Source: Vulcanimicrobiota bacterium | Lineage (GTDB): Bacteria; Vulcanimicrobiota; Vulcanimicrobiia; Vulcanimicrobiales; Vulcanimicrobiaceae | Length of the DNA: 64,000 bases | Direction of reading: 5' to 3' | Assembly (NCBI GenBank): GCA_963833095.1 | Contig: CAWHWQ010000001.1 | Span: 544,001-608,000 of the forward strand | In this document: positions 13,487-23,640 of the stretch, piece after piece | Position numbering within the stretch: the first letter of the stretch is position 1 | Layout: each line of letters begins with the position of its first letter | Program-made: the position numbers and the translations under genes | The notes under the pieces: model-generated | Databases searched by the model: none | What the model saw: the letters and a program-made list of their open reading frames with translations, nothing else | What the model was told of the DNA's origin: nothing

Positions 13487-13960
13487 ATGCGCAAAATGGC
13501 TCGGCCTGGTCGTTCTGCTCGCCATGGGCGACAGATGCAACAACGGCGTCGTCGGCGTACAAGATTACGGCCGCGTGACCGGACGCGTGCTCGACGCAAT
13601 GACCAACAGGCCGATCCCCGACGCAATGGTTTCGGTCGGCTCCCTCTTCGTCTCAGGCCGACGCCCAGGGGGCTTCATGCTTGCGCACGTCCCGGTCGGA
13701 TTCAAACCGTCACGGCACGTATGCCGGGCTTTACGACACCGACGCATCGCAGTTGCGCGTCGCAAAAAGATCGTCACCGCGCAAGCCGGCTACATGCGCC
13801 TCGTGCCGATCATCCACGCCGGAGGCCAAGCCGACGCTTCCGCCTCCAGCCACGCCGACTCCGCCGTCACCATCGTCCCGCACCTACGTGCCGCCCGGCG
13901 CGACGACTCGCCTCTGCGGCTCTCGCCGACGGCAACGCCGTCGCCGAGCGCTGCGCCGTC
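13487..13960 (+). CDS. Putative lipoprotein with carboxypeptidase-regulatory-like domain and Pro-rich tail (frameshifted; end approximate)
   Basis: GGAGG SD then ATG; CNNGVVGVQDYGRVTGRVLDAMTNRPIPDAMVSVG; PTLPPPATPTP in another frame. Confidence 0.55.
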
Positions 13961-15547
13961 AATGCAGGCGCAGTCCGGCCAGATCGAAGTCGTACTCGAT
14001 CGAGCGATAGATATCGTCGGGGATTTCGCCGCCGCGACGTAGCCGCGCGATCTCGCGCCGTTCGGCGTCGAGCGCTGCTAGTTCGATACGTCGATCGGCC
14101 TCGCGTTCGTCGCGCGCTCCGCGTTCCGTTTCTTCGCTTTCGAGATGTCCTTGCAAGTGGGCGATGCGCCGCTCGTATTCGCCAAGAAGTCGTGCCGCGG
14201 CTTCCATCTCGCCCGGCTCTTGCAGCGAGGGCTCGATGGAACGTAAATAGTTTCGGCTGCTTCCTCGAGCGCTTGCACGCGAATCGCCATCTCCTGTCCT
14301 TGGCGCTTATCCGTTTCGCTGATGCCCAACGACCCGATCAGCGGTCCAAGCGTGAGGCCATGCAGAAGCAGCGTGACGACGATCACGCAGAGCGTGATGA
14401 AAATCACCTCGTCGCGCCCCGCGAGCGGCTCCCCTAGAGCGTTACATATGGCAATGCCAGCGCAGCGCGAGCGAAACGATGCCGCGCATGCCGCTCCAGC
14501 TGATCACCAGAATCGCTTGCCAGGACGGAAGCGGGTCGCGTTTTGCAACGCCGGAATCAGCCGCCGCAACTTCGCGATCGGGTAGACCCAGACAAGACGC
14601 ACCACGATCACTGCGACGCTGATAACCACGGCAAGCCACGCGTAGCTCCCAAGGGACGACGGCAGCGAGCGCACGATGCCCGGTAAAATCAGGCCGATTT
14701 GCAGAAAAACGAACCCGTTATAAGAGAATCATGACACGCCACACGGCGCTTGCGATCACGCGTCCTTCGGGTGAGAAGATTGCCTGCGAGCGACGGCTCA
14801 CGTAAATACCGGCGGTAACCGCCGAAAGAACCCCTGAAACGCCAATCGCGTCGGCCGGGAGATACGCCGCGTAGGGTGCCAGCAATCCGACCACGTTAGC
14901 AACGGCCGGATCTTCGACGTTGAAGCGCGCGAGCAAACGCATCACAAACTCGATGATCACACCGACGAGGAGCCCAAAGACGATGCCGAGCGCAACGTTG
15001 AGCACAAACGCGATCGAGGCATGCAATAGTGAGAAGGCTCCCGATACGGCCGCTGCTACGGCGAAACGATAGATAACCAGCGCGGTCCATCGTTGACAAG
15101 ACCTTCGCCGGTTACGATCGAGGCGATGCGGCGCGGAACGGCCATGCGCTCGAAAATCGCCTCGGCCGCAACCGCATCGGGTGGGGAAACGATCGCGCCA
15201 AGAACGAACGCGGTCGCCCAATCGAATCCGGCGAGTTGGTGCGCGAGCAGAGCAACGACCACCGTCGTGAACAGAACGAGCCCAACTGCGAGCGTTGAGA
15301 TCGCGCCGAAATTACGCTTGAACTCGTACCAATCCGTATTCCATCCGCCGGAGAAGAGCAGCGGCGGCAGCACGAGCAAAAAGAACAGTTGCGGGTTCAG
15401 GTGCGGAGCGGGCAAACCTGGTACGAGCGCAAAGGCCAGACCGATAACGACGAACGCGATCGGATACGGAATGCGCAAGCGCTGCGCCACGATCGCCGAG
15501 ACGATCACTCCGCCGAACAGCGCGACGAGCAGCAGCGCTTGGTTCAT
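13959..15547 (-). CDS. Na+/H+ antiporter, CPA1 family (frameshifted)
   Basis: LVLPPLLF; LGAIVSPPDAVA; GEGLVND; SWSGMRGIVSLA. Confidence 0.9.
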
Positions 15548-15561
15548 GGGTTAGTGTCCCA

Positions 15562-16137
15562 CTAAATTGTCGTCCCGAGGGCGCGTAAATCGAGCGCAAA
15601 CCCGCATACGACCAAAAAGACCGCGTCCGCGCCTGCGGCGAGACGCTGCTTCATGCGCCCGACCACGTCGCGAAAGAGCCGCGCCGATGCGGCTACCGGT
15701 ACGATGTCCCAGCCGACTTCCTCGGCGACCACGACCACCTGCGCGCGCGAATCGAGCATGGCCTGCGCGAGCTCGGTCGCCTCTTCGTCTATCCGTGTCT
15801 CGAAGGCGGCGAAATCACGCTCGAGCTCGTCGATGTGCGTCGCGATCCGCGCCGCGAGCCACGTTCCCAACGCGTCCACCACGATGCATTGTTCGGGTAC
15901 TCCCTCTCGAAAGAGCGCGATCAACGCGTCATGCCCGAGCGAGGCGCTTTCGATCGAATCCCACGTCGAGGGGCGATCGTGCACGTGTCGCGTCAGCCGC
16001 GAATCCCACTCATCGTCGCTCGCGTCGCGCATCGCGGTTGCAACGTAGCTCACGCGGCGGCCTGACCGCTGCGCGATCGCGATCACATAGCGGCTCTTGC
16101 CCGAGCGTACCGGGCCGGTCACGAGCGTCAAGCCCAT
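15562..16137 (-). CDS. cobU: Bifunctional adenosylcobinamide kinase / cobinamide-phosphate guanylyltransferase
   Basis: LVTGPVRSGKSRY P-loop; YVATA; EEVGWDIVP; RLFRDVVGR. Confidence 0.9.
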   Translation of the reverse strand: MGLTLVTGPVRSGKSRYVIAIAQRSGRRVSYVATAMRDASDDEWDSRLTRHVHDRPSTWDSIESASLGHDALIALFREGVPEQCIVVDALGTWLAARIATHIDELERDFAAFETRIDEEATELAQAMLDSRAQVVVVAEEVGWDIVPVAASARLFRDVVGRMKQRLAAGADAVFLVVCGFALDLRALGTTI

Positions 16138-16161
16138 GAGCAAGCCTTCTCCGCACCATAG

Positions 16162-17304
16162 TTGAATCACTCGCAGATGCTCACGCGCACGGCGATAGCC
16201 GTCTTCGGAATGGTGCTGATCGTAGCCGCCTTGAACGACGTCTTCCAGTCGGTGATCGTCCCGCGCGCGGTCGGGCGCCGGCTGCGGCCGAGTTATTACC
16301 AGACGCGCGCGCTCTGGTCGATCTGGCCGCGCTTGGCCCTTCGCCTCTACCCGAACAACGAAGATCGACGCGAGGATTTTCTCGCGGCCTTCGCGCCGTC
16401 CAATCTCATCGTCAATCTCATGATCTGGTCGCTGCTGCTGCTGTTCGGCTACGCCTCGATCTTCTTCGCGCTTCGCGATCAAATGCACCCGGCTCTCGCT
16501 TCATTTGGCGAAGCGTTTTACTTTGCGGGTACGTCATTTTTTACCATCGGCTTCGGGGATTTCGTCGGCAACACCGGGCTGACGCGGCTCGCCTCCCTCG
16601 CCGCCGGGGCCTCCGGCTTCGGGATCATTTCAACCACGACGGCATATTTGTTCGCAATCTTCGGCGCGTTCCAGACACGCGAGCAATTCGTCGTAACGGT
16701 CGGTGCGCGCGCAGGCGCACCCCCCAGCGGGGTCGGGCTCCTCACGATCGCCGCGCACGCCGGCATCGTCAAAGATTTGTCCGCGTTGATGCGCAGCGGC
16801 GAGACCTGGTGCGCATTCCTGATGGAGACGCATCTCGCGTATCCGATCTTGGCGTACTTTCGATCCAGCCACGACTATGAATCCTGGGTCGGTACGCTGG
16901 GCGCGCTGCTCGATACCGCGGTCTTGATGATCACGACGGTGCAGTGCGACGCCGGCGAGGCGCGCATCCTTTACAACATCGGCCGGCATGCCACGCACGA
17001 CCTGTCCTCGTACTTTCGGCTCGAGGGCGACGGGCACGATCCGGGCATCACACGCGAGCAATTCGACGAAGCATGTACGCGGCTCGAATCAGCGGGCCTC
17101 ACCCTCAACGATCGCGACCACGCGTGGGAGCGTTTTGCCGCACTTCGACGCTCGTATGCAAGCCATCTCAACGCGCTTGCGGGGTTCTTCCAGGTGCCTA
17201 CGTTACACTGGGTAGGCCCGCAGTCGATCATCGAGAGCATCCACATGCGCGAACAGATGTCCCCGGAGATCCTCGAGCGGATCGATAGGATTCAAAACCC
17301 GTGA
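16162..17304 (+). CDS. Potassium channel family protein
   Basis: YFAGTSFFTIGFGDF pore loop with flanking TM helices; YPILAYFRS...SW cytoplasmic domain. Confidence 0.8.
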   Translation: MNHSQMLTRTAIAVFGMVLIVAALNDVFQSVIVPRAVGRRLRPSYYQTRALWSIWPRLALRLYPNNEDRREDFLAAFAPSNLIVNLMIWSLLLLFGYASIFFALRDQMHPALASFGEAFYFAGTSFFTIGFGDFVGNTGLTRLASLAAGASGFGIISTTTAYLFAIFGAFQTREQFVVTVGARAGAPPSGVGLLTIAAHAGIVKDLSALMRSGETWCAFLMETHLAYPILAYFRSSHDYESWVGTLGALLDTAVLMITTVQCDAGEARILYNIGRHATHDLSSYFRLEGDGHDPGITREQFDEACTRLESAGLTLNDRDHAWERFAALRRSYASHLNALAGFFQVPTLHWVGPQSIIESIHMREQMSPEILERIDRIQNP

Positions 17305-17987
17305 TCGCGGTCGATCTTGTGAAGAAAATGCAACGCGTCGCCGAGCGGTACGGCAAATCCGATCGAGCGCTCGTCGTCGAAGCGTGAGTCGGCGAGGCCA
17401 ATGATCTTCCCGGTATCGATGAAGAAGATAGGGCCTCCGCTCTCTCCCGGAACGATTTGCAGCGTTACCTCCAGCGCGTCGTTGCGGATGGACGAGAGCC
17501 GCCCCGTGTCAAGCGACGTGGCTAAACCCAGTTGTTCGTCTTGGAACTCGTCGGGAATCGGATAGCCGAGCAGACCGACGTCGCGCCCGATTTGATCGTG
17601 TAAGTCGGTTGCCGCACCGAGCGGGAGCACCGGAAGATTTGGGCGCGTCGTGCGCAAGAGCGCAAGATCGGTATCGTTGTTCACGGCAATCACGCGCGCC
17701 GATACCTTCTCGCGATTGCCGATTGTAGCGTGCAAATCCCAAGCCCCAGCGACTACGTGCGCCACAGTGAGAATATCGCTCCCCCAGGGACCGCTCGCAA
17801 TGACGAGTCCGGTACCATAGGCATCGTTGTAGCCATCCTTCTTCTTCTCGGGTGGCACGCGCATCGTCAGGAGCACGACCGACGGTTTCATCGTGCGCAC
17901 CAACACGACGAAGCGATCGTCGGGGTAGTCGGTCGCGCACGCAGAGAGTGCGCACAGCAGCGCAACGAGCATCGCGACGAGTTTCAT
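17292..17987 (-). CDS. Trypsin-like serine protease, probable lipoprotein
   Basis: LTVAHVV, DLALL, PGESGGP triad motifs; LSAC lipobox. Confidence 0.85.
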   Translation of the reverse strand: MKLVAMLVALLCALSACATDYPDDRFVVLVRTMKPSVVLLTMRVPPEKKKDGYNDAYGTGLVIASGPWGSDILTVAHVVAGAWDLHATIGNREKVSARVIAVNNDTDLALLRTTRPNLPVLPLGAATDLHDQIGRDVGLLGYPIPDEFQDEQLGLATSLDTGRLSSIRNDALEVTLQIVPGESGGPIFFIDTGKIIGLADSRFDDERSIGFAVPLGDALHFLHKIDRDHGF

Positions 17988-19036
17988 GCGCTACGCTCCG
18001 CTATCGCGGTTCGCAGGCTGTCCAAACCGGAGCCCGTTCGAGCACTGACATGTAGCGCTTCCCTCGACTTCGCTTCGCCACGCTCGGGATGACAATCCCA
18101 TTTGTTAAATACGGTTATCCTTGGTTTTGCGTCGAGTTCGAGATCGTGCAGTTGCGCCTCGACCGCGACCTGCTGTCGCGGCCAATCCGGATTCGAGGCG
18201 TCGAGCACGTGCACGAGCAGATCGGCCTCGCGCAACTCTTCGAGCGTGCTGCGAAAGGCGTTGACCAGATCCTTAGGTAGATCGGTGATGAATCCAACGG
18301 TATCTGCGACGCGCACGTATTCACCGGGGCGCAGGTAGACGCGGCGAATCGTCGGATCGAGTGTGGCGAAGGGCTGATCGGCGACAAAGACGTCGCTGCG
18401 CGCAAGCGCATTGAGCAGCGAAGATTTTCCGGCGTTCGTGTAGCCGACGAGCGCGACCAACGGCTCGCGGTGCGGTGCGCTGCGCCGCGTTCCACGCTGA
18501 CGCTTGACGTCCTCGAGTTGGCGCCGCAAAACCGTGATGCGGCTCTGGATGCGACGCCGATCGACCTCGAGTTTGGTTTCGCCGGGACCGCGCGTGCCGA
18601 TACCGCCGCCCAGACGCGACAGGTCAGCGCCGACACCGATCAGATTCGACTGGCGATAGCGTAACTGCGCGAGCTCGACTTGAAGCTTGCCCTCGCGGCT
18701 GCGGGCATGGCGCGCAAAGACATCCAAAATCAGCATCGTGCGATCGACGATCGGCACGGGGATTACCTTTTCGAGATTCTTTCGCTGACGCGGGCGCAGA
18801 TCGTTGAGCACGAGGACGAGATCGGCTCGGTGATCTTTGACCAGATCCGCGATCTCGCGCGCCTTGCCGCTGCCGACCAGCGTTGCCGGATCGACGTGCT
18901 CGCGCCGCTGAACGACGCGCGCGACGATCTGCGCGCCGGCCGCTTGCGCGAGCGCTTCGAGTTCTACGAGTTCGGGTTCGAGTGGTCGGTCGGGGTCATT
19001 TGTGTCGACAGCGACGACAAGCGTTCGATTAGCCAG
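17984..19036 (-). CDS. hflX: GTPase HflX (start uncertain, possibly CTG)
   Basis: EGKLQVELAQL; GIGTRGPGETKLEVDRR; GYTNAGKS; DTVGF; NKWD. Confidence 0.95.
   Translation of the reverse strand: MANRTLVVAVDTNDPDRPLEPELVELEALAQAAGAQIVARVVQRREHVDPATLVGSGKAREIADLVKDHRADLVLVLNDLRPRQRKNLEKVIPVPIVDRTMLILDVFARHARSREGKLQVELAQLRYRQSNLIGVGADLSRLGGGIGTRGPGETKLEVDRRRIQSRITVLRRQLEDVKRQRGTRRSAPHREPLVALVGYTNAGKSSLLNALARSDVFVADQPFATLDPTIRRVYLRPGEYVRVADTVGFITDLPKDLVNAFRSTLEELREADLLVHVLDASNPDWPRQQVAVEAQLHDLELDAKPRITVFNKWDCHPERGEAKSREALHVSARTGSGLDSLRTAIAERSA
18060..18094 (-). repeat. REP-like element in-frame within hflX
   Basis: Minus strand TGTCATCCCGAGCGTGGCGAAGCGAAGTCGAGGGA, encoding CHPERGEAKSRE. Confidence 0.8.
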
Positions 19037-19785
19037 CGGAGTCCCTCGTTGTAATGTGGCCCCGGGCGGAAGAGTGCGTTCTCGATGCGCGGGTCGCTGA
19101 TAGCGAACACGTGTCCTTCGCGCACGGCGCGCAAGCTCCGCCACGGCTCTCGCGTCTGCACCGACGTAAGATCCGTATCGTGTCCGGCGACAATTGCATC
19201 GGGTTGTGCCCGTATCAAGGCCTCATCGCTGTATTCGCCCCATGGCGACGCTAAATCGGCCGCCGCATCGCGGCCGCCGGCCAACTCGATCAGCCGTCCG
19301 ATGTACGACGCGGGCCCAACGGTCCAAATCGGCCCGGTGCCCAGCGCTACGAATACCGAGGGCCGGTACCGGTGGTGCGCGACCGTCGCGTGCAGCCGCG
19401 CGGTTTCGCTCTTGAGCGCGGCGATCTCGGCGCGCGCTTGCGCGGCATGTCCGGTCAGTTGCCCGAGCGTTTGGAGATCGGTGAAGATGTCGTCGTAGGT
19501 GTCTTCGGGAATAAACACGACGCGAATTCCCGCGCGTTGTAGCGGAGCAACCAAGCGCATTTGCGACGCAATCCCGACAACGAGGTCGGGATGAAGCGCG
19601 AGGATCCGCTCGGAATCGACGCTCGCAAAATCGCCGACGACCGCCTTGGCGCTCGCGCCGGGCACATCGCCGGAGAACTTCGAGATACCGACCAGTTGGG
19701 CGCACGCCCCAATCGCGCACACGTCTTCTGCGAACGACGGTATGAGCGTCACGATACGCAGTGCGAGAATCAAGTGCAAGAACAT
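18964..19785 (-). CDS. btuF: Cobalamin ABC transporter substrate-binding protein
   Basis: RIVTLIPSFAE; ERILALHPDLVV; RAVREGHV; RPGP; next to B12 riboswitch. Confidence 0.85.
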   Translation of the reverse strand: MFLHLILALRIVTLIPSFAEDVCAIGACAQLVGISKFSGDVPGASAKAVVGDFASVDSERILALHPDLVVGIASQMRLVAPLQRAGIRVVFIPEDTYDDIFTDLQTLGQLTGHAAQARAEIAALKSETARLHATVAHHRYRPSVFVALGTGPIWTVGPASYIGRLIELAGGRDAAADLASPWGEYSDEALIRAQPDAIVAGHDTDLTSVQTREPWRSLRAVREGHVFAISDPRIENALFRPGPHYNEGLRWLIERLSSLSTQMTPTDHSNPNS

Positions 19786-19832
19786 GGTCGTATCCCCTTT
19801 CGCGGCAGGTAACGACGCGCGCCTCTCCAAAA

Positions 19833-20027
19833 GCCGCCGGTCAGGTTTGCTGCGCGGGAAGCCGGTGAGATGCCGGCGCGGTCGCGCCACTGTATGCGGG
19901 GAGCCGTTCCGCTGCCACTGCTCGATGTTCGGGCGGGAAGGCACGGAACTCGAGGCTACGATCCGCGAGTCAGGATACCGCTGCAAGCCTCGTGCACTCT
20001 CCATTCCTCGCGTAAGGGAAGGCTTGC
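19833..20027 (+). ncRNA. Cobalamin riboswitch with SD-sequestering expression platform
   Basis: GGGAAGCCGGTGAGATGCCGGC, GCCACTGT, GCCACTG, GGGAAGGC and GAGTCAGGATACC B12-box elements upstream of a TonB receptor. Confidence 0.92.
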
Positions 20028-20028
20028 T

Positions 20029-21888
20029 ATGATTTCATTGGCCGCGCTGCGCGTGCTCGCCGCAGCCGTCGTCTCATTCTCCCCCTCTCCTTCACCCTCA
20101 CCCTCACCGCTGCTTCCACAGATCGCGCACGTCGTGACATCGGACCGCTCCGACGAAACGCTGCGCAACAGCGTACGTACGACCTACGTGGTAACCGCCG
20201 CAGACATTGCGCGCAACGGCTATCGCACCGTATCGGACGCGCTGGTGAACATTCCGGCCGTCGAGATCGCAAACTACGGCCCAATCGGTACGCAGGTCGA
20301 TTACGGGATTCGCGGCACCAGCTCGGCGCAAGTACTCGTGCTTATCGACGGTCAGCCCGCTCCGGGCGGACTCGCCGATTCGGTGGAACTTGGTACGCTC
20401 TCAACCGCCGGCGTAGCGCGCATCGAAATCGTCGAAGGCGGCGGCTCGACGCTTTATGGCACCGGTGCGATCGGCGGCATCATCAACGTCATCACCGACG
20501 GGAGCCGCGTGCCCGCGACGGCGACCTTGCGATACGGCTCGTTCGACGACACCGAACTGCACGCGCAAGGGGCCGGCCTTACCTTCGATCGTGTGGTCGC
20601 AGCAAACAACTATGCGCTGCCGCCGGACTCCATCGACGGAATTCCCGGTCCCACGACGCGCAACAGTCCCTATCAAGGCACGACGGCGCGCTATGGCTTC
20701 GAGCGCGCGCTCGGCGCGATTGACGTTTCCTTTCGCGCTTCGCTTGAAAGCGACAACGTCGGCGTTGACGGGCCCTACCCGAATTTCTCTTCGACCAGTT
20801 ACGAAGACGACGTCAACGAGGACGGCGTGTTGACGCTTGCGCTGCGCCGCCCAAGATCCAATGCCAGCCTTTCACTCGATGGAGGACGTCAGCAGATCGT
20901 TTTCGATTGCACGATAGCGATCGACGCAAACTGCTATCAGAATACGGCATCGCTGGACACCGAGGTGCGCTCGGGCTTGAGCCTGCGCGACGTGATCACC
21001 GCAAGCAACGAGCGCACGATCTACGGCATCGATCTCTCGCGCGGCGTCGTGCGCGGCGATGACGGCGCCGGCGACATTTCTACCAATGCGCTCGCGCAGA
21101 GCGCCGGCTACGTGCAGCAGACCTGGACCTTGGCCCGTGACGAGTTCTATGCCGGACTGCGCGGCGAACGCGACGGCACGCTCGGCGGCGAGTTCTCGCC
21201 CTCGATCGGTGGACGCTTCGACCTCTCGAACGCGCTGACGCTCAAAGCCAACGTCGCAACCGCCTTCCGCGCTCCGAATGCAAGCGAACTCTACTTTCCG
21301 TTCTACGGTAATCCCGATCTGGTTCCCGAACGCGCGAAGGTCGGTGACCTGACCTTGAGCGACGACCGCGTCCTCGGCGGCGTTGCCCTTGGATGGTTCG
21401 ACAACTACACGCGCGAGTTGATCGTGGCCGATCCGGCTAATAATTATTTGCCGGAAAACGTCGATCACGCGCACATCGAGGGCTTGACCTTCGATGCAAA
21501 GACGCTGCCGCGCCACGGCATCAGCGCCACAATCAACGCAACCGATCTCTATCTCGCGCAAGATCTCGACGCGCAAACACGCCTGCCCAACGATCCCGTG
21601 TTCAGCGTCAACCTCGGACTCGTCTACCGCGGGAGCGCCCGCGCGTGGCTGAACGAGGCCGGAATCAGCGAACGCGCGGTCGGGGCGCGCGGCGCGGTCG
21701 ATCCGACGCAACCGCTCTTCTATCAGCCGGCAGCCTACAGCGATTTAACCGCTTACACGAGCTTTCGCCTCGCGCCGAAGATGCTGCTGACGGTGCGCGG
21801 ATACAATCTGGGCAACGAACGGTACGCTGAGGTGAGCGGCTATCCCATGCCCGGACGCACCTTTGCAGTCGAGCTCACTGCAAAATAG
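20029..21888 (+). CDS. btuB: TonB-dependent cobalamin receptor
   Basis: Plug motifs IRGTSSAQVLVLIDG and RIEIVEGGGSTLYGTGAIGGIINVIT; TAFRAP; GYPMPGRTF C-terminus. Confidence 0.9.
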   Translation: MISLAALRVLAAAVVSFSPSPSPSPSPLLPQIAHVVTSDRSDETLRNSVRTTYVVTAADIARNGYRTVSDALVNIPAVEIANYGPIGTQVDYGIRGTSSAQVLVLIDGQPAPGGLADSVELGTLSTAGVARIEIVEGGGSTLYGTGAIGGIINVITDGSRVPATATLRYGSFDDTELHAQGAGLTFDRVVAANNYALPPDSIDGIPGPTTRNSPYQGTTARYGFERALGAIDVSFRASLESDNVGVDGPYPNFSSTSYEDDVNEDGVLTLALRRPRSNASLSLDGGRQQIVFDCTIAIDANCYQNTASLDTEVRSGLSLRDVITASNERTIYGIDLSRGVVRGDDGAGDISTNALAQSAGYVQQTWTLARDEFYAGLRGERDGTLGGEFSPSIGGRFDLSNALTLKANVATAFRAPNASELYFPFYGNPDLVPERAKVGDLTLSDDRVLGGVALGWFDNYTRELIVADPANNYLPENVDHAHIEGLTFDAKTLPRHGISATINATDLYLAQDLDAQTRLPNDPVFSVNLGLVYRGSARAWLNEAGISERAVGARGAVDPTQPLFYQPAAYSDLTAYTSFRLAPKMLLTVRGYNLGNERYAEVSGYPMPGRTFAVELTAK

Positions 21889-21889
21889 T

Positions 21890-22873
21890 ATGAGCGGTTG
21901 GCGGCTCCCGGCGATTCTCGCATTCACGCTGCTCGCGTGCGCTGCCAGCCTGCTCGCCGGTGGAAGTACCATCGCACCGGGCGCGATCATCGGCGCGCTC
22001 CTTCATCCACACGCGCGCGACGACGTCACGACGATCGTGTGGCAACTGCGCATGCCGCGCGTCGCAATCGCCGCAGCGGTAGGCGCGGCACTCGCGGTCG
22101 GCGGCGCATTGCTGCAAGGCATGCTGCGCAATCCGCTGGTCGATCCGTATCTCACCGGCGTGAGCGCCGGCGCAGCGGCGGCGATTTCGCTCGCGGTGCT
22201 CTCCGGCATCGCGGTGCCGTTTCTTCCCGCACTAGGCTTTGTCGCGGGATTGCTCACGGCCATGTTGGTCGCTGCGCTCGCGCGGCGCGGAACCGGCGTC
22301 GATCCCAACCGCTTGATTTTGGCAGGCATCTCGATTTCAGCGCTGTTTTCGGCAATCGTCGCTTTTGCCATCGCGCGCTCGAACTCGCTCGACGCGGCGC
22401 AATCGATCCTTGCATGGCTGGCGGGATCGATGGCAGGTCACGGCTGGCGCGATTTACTGTTCGCTGCGCCCTATCTCGCCGCCGGAGCGATCCTCGCGCT
22501 GCTGGCCGCGCCCTCACTCGACGCGTTGCGCGTTGGCGACATACGCGCGCGCGCGGTCGGCGTCGACGTGGATCGCGCGCAATGGCTGATCCTCGCTTCG
22601 ACCTCACTACTCGCAGCCGCCGGGGTCGCGCTGGCGGGGATGGTGGGGTTCATCGGGCTCATCGTGCCGCACGTCGCGCGGCGCATCGTCGGCTCTGGGG
22701 CGCGCGCCCTACTTCCCGCGTGCGCGCTGTGCGGAGCGTCACTTTGCGCGCTCGCCGACGCGGTTGCGCGCAGCGTCGTGGCGCCGTCGGAATTGCCGAT
22801 CGGCGTGCTCCTCGCGTTCATCGGCGTCCCGGCGTTCCTCTACCTGTATTTGCAACAGGAGCGCCCCGTGTGA
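21890..22873 (+). CDS. btuC: Cobalamin/iron-chelate ABC permease
   Basis: LRMPRV; LQGMLRNPLVDP; GFIGLIVPHVAR; ELPIG. Confidence 0.9.
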   Translation: MSGWRLPAILAFTLLACAASLLAGGSTIAPGAIIGALLHPHARDDVTTIVWQLRMPRVAIAAAVGAALAVGGALLQGMLRNPLVDPYLTGVSAGAAAAISLAVLSGIAVPFLPALGFVAGLLTAMLVAALARRGTGVDPNRLILAGISISALFSAIVAFAIARSNSLDAAQSILAWLAGSMAGHGWRDLLFAAPYLAAGAILALLAAPSLDALRVGDIRARAVGVDVDRAQWLILASTSLLAAAGVALAGMVGFIGLIVPHVARRIVGSGARALLPACALCGASLCALADAVARSVVAPSELPIGVLLAFIGVPAFLYLYLQQERPV

Positions 22874-23640
22874 TTGCGCTTGAATCGGTCTCGATCGGCG
22901 TCGCGCGACGGATCCTCGTGCGCGATATCGACGCGCGCTTTGCGGCCGGTGAGTTCGTTGCGGTACTGGGACCCAATGGTGTCGGCAAAACGACGCTCCT
23001 GCGCGCGATCTGCGGAATTCGTCCGACGATCGCGGGCCGAATCGAGCTCCACGGCACCCCCCTGCGCGCGCTCTCGCCGAGCGAACGCGCGCGAGCGATC
23101 GCGTTTGTTACTAGCGACGATGCGATGATCGAGACGTTGCGCGTGCGCGACGTCGTTGCGATCGGCCGTTTTCCCCATCACCCATGGTGGGAATGGAGCG
23201 CGAGCGCGCTCGATGACGTAGCGATCGACCGCGCGCTCCTTGCAGTAAGCATGCAACACGAGCAACATCGCCTTCTCAGCACACTTTCCAGCGGCGAACG
23301 CCAACGCGTGTGGATCGCGATGGGTCTCGCCCAAGAGACACCGGTGCTCGTCCTCGACGAACCGACGAGCCATCTCGACGTGCGCGTAGCGCACGAAATT
23401 CTCGCGTTGCTACGTAGGCTCGCCCGCGAAGGCCGCACGATCGTCTGCGTGCTCCACGATCTCAATGACGCCGCGGCCTATGCCGATCGACTGATGCTTT
23501 TAGGGTGCGAGCGCATGTTGTCGTTCGACGTTCCAGGGCGCGTCCTCGCGCCCGAACTCATCGAGCGCGCGTACGGAATCGCAGTAACGCGGGTCGAGAC
23601 CCCCGAGGGACCTCGGGTTTTCGCGGCTGTCCGTGCTTGA
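22870..23640 (+). CDS. btuD: Cobalamin/iron-chelate ABC ATPase
   Basis: GPNGVGKTT; LSSGERQR; LDEPTSHLD; VLHDLN. Confidence 0.9.
   Translation: MIALESVSIGVARRILVRDIDARFAAGEFVAVLGPNGVGKTTLLRAICGIRPTIAGRIELHGTPLRALSPSERARAIAFVTSDDAMIETLRVRDVVAIGRFPHHPWWEWSASALDDVAIDRALLAVSMQHEQHRLLSTLSSGERQRVWIAMGLAQETPVLVLDEPTSHLDVRVAHEILALLRRLAREGRTIVCVLHDLNDAAAYADRLMLLGCERMLSFDVPGRVLAPELIERAYGIAVTRVETPEGPRVFAAVRA

Noticed and set aside
19786..20028. N-terminal extensions of the btuF and btuB ORFs
   Set aside because: The region is the riboswitch; better starts are at 19785 and 20029
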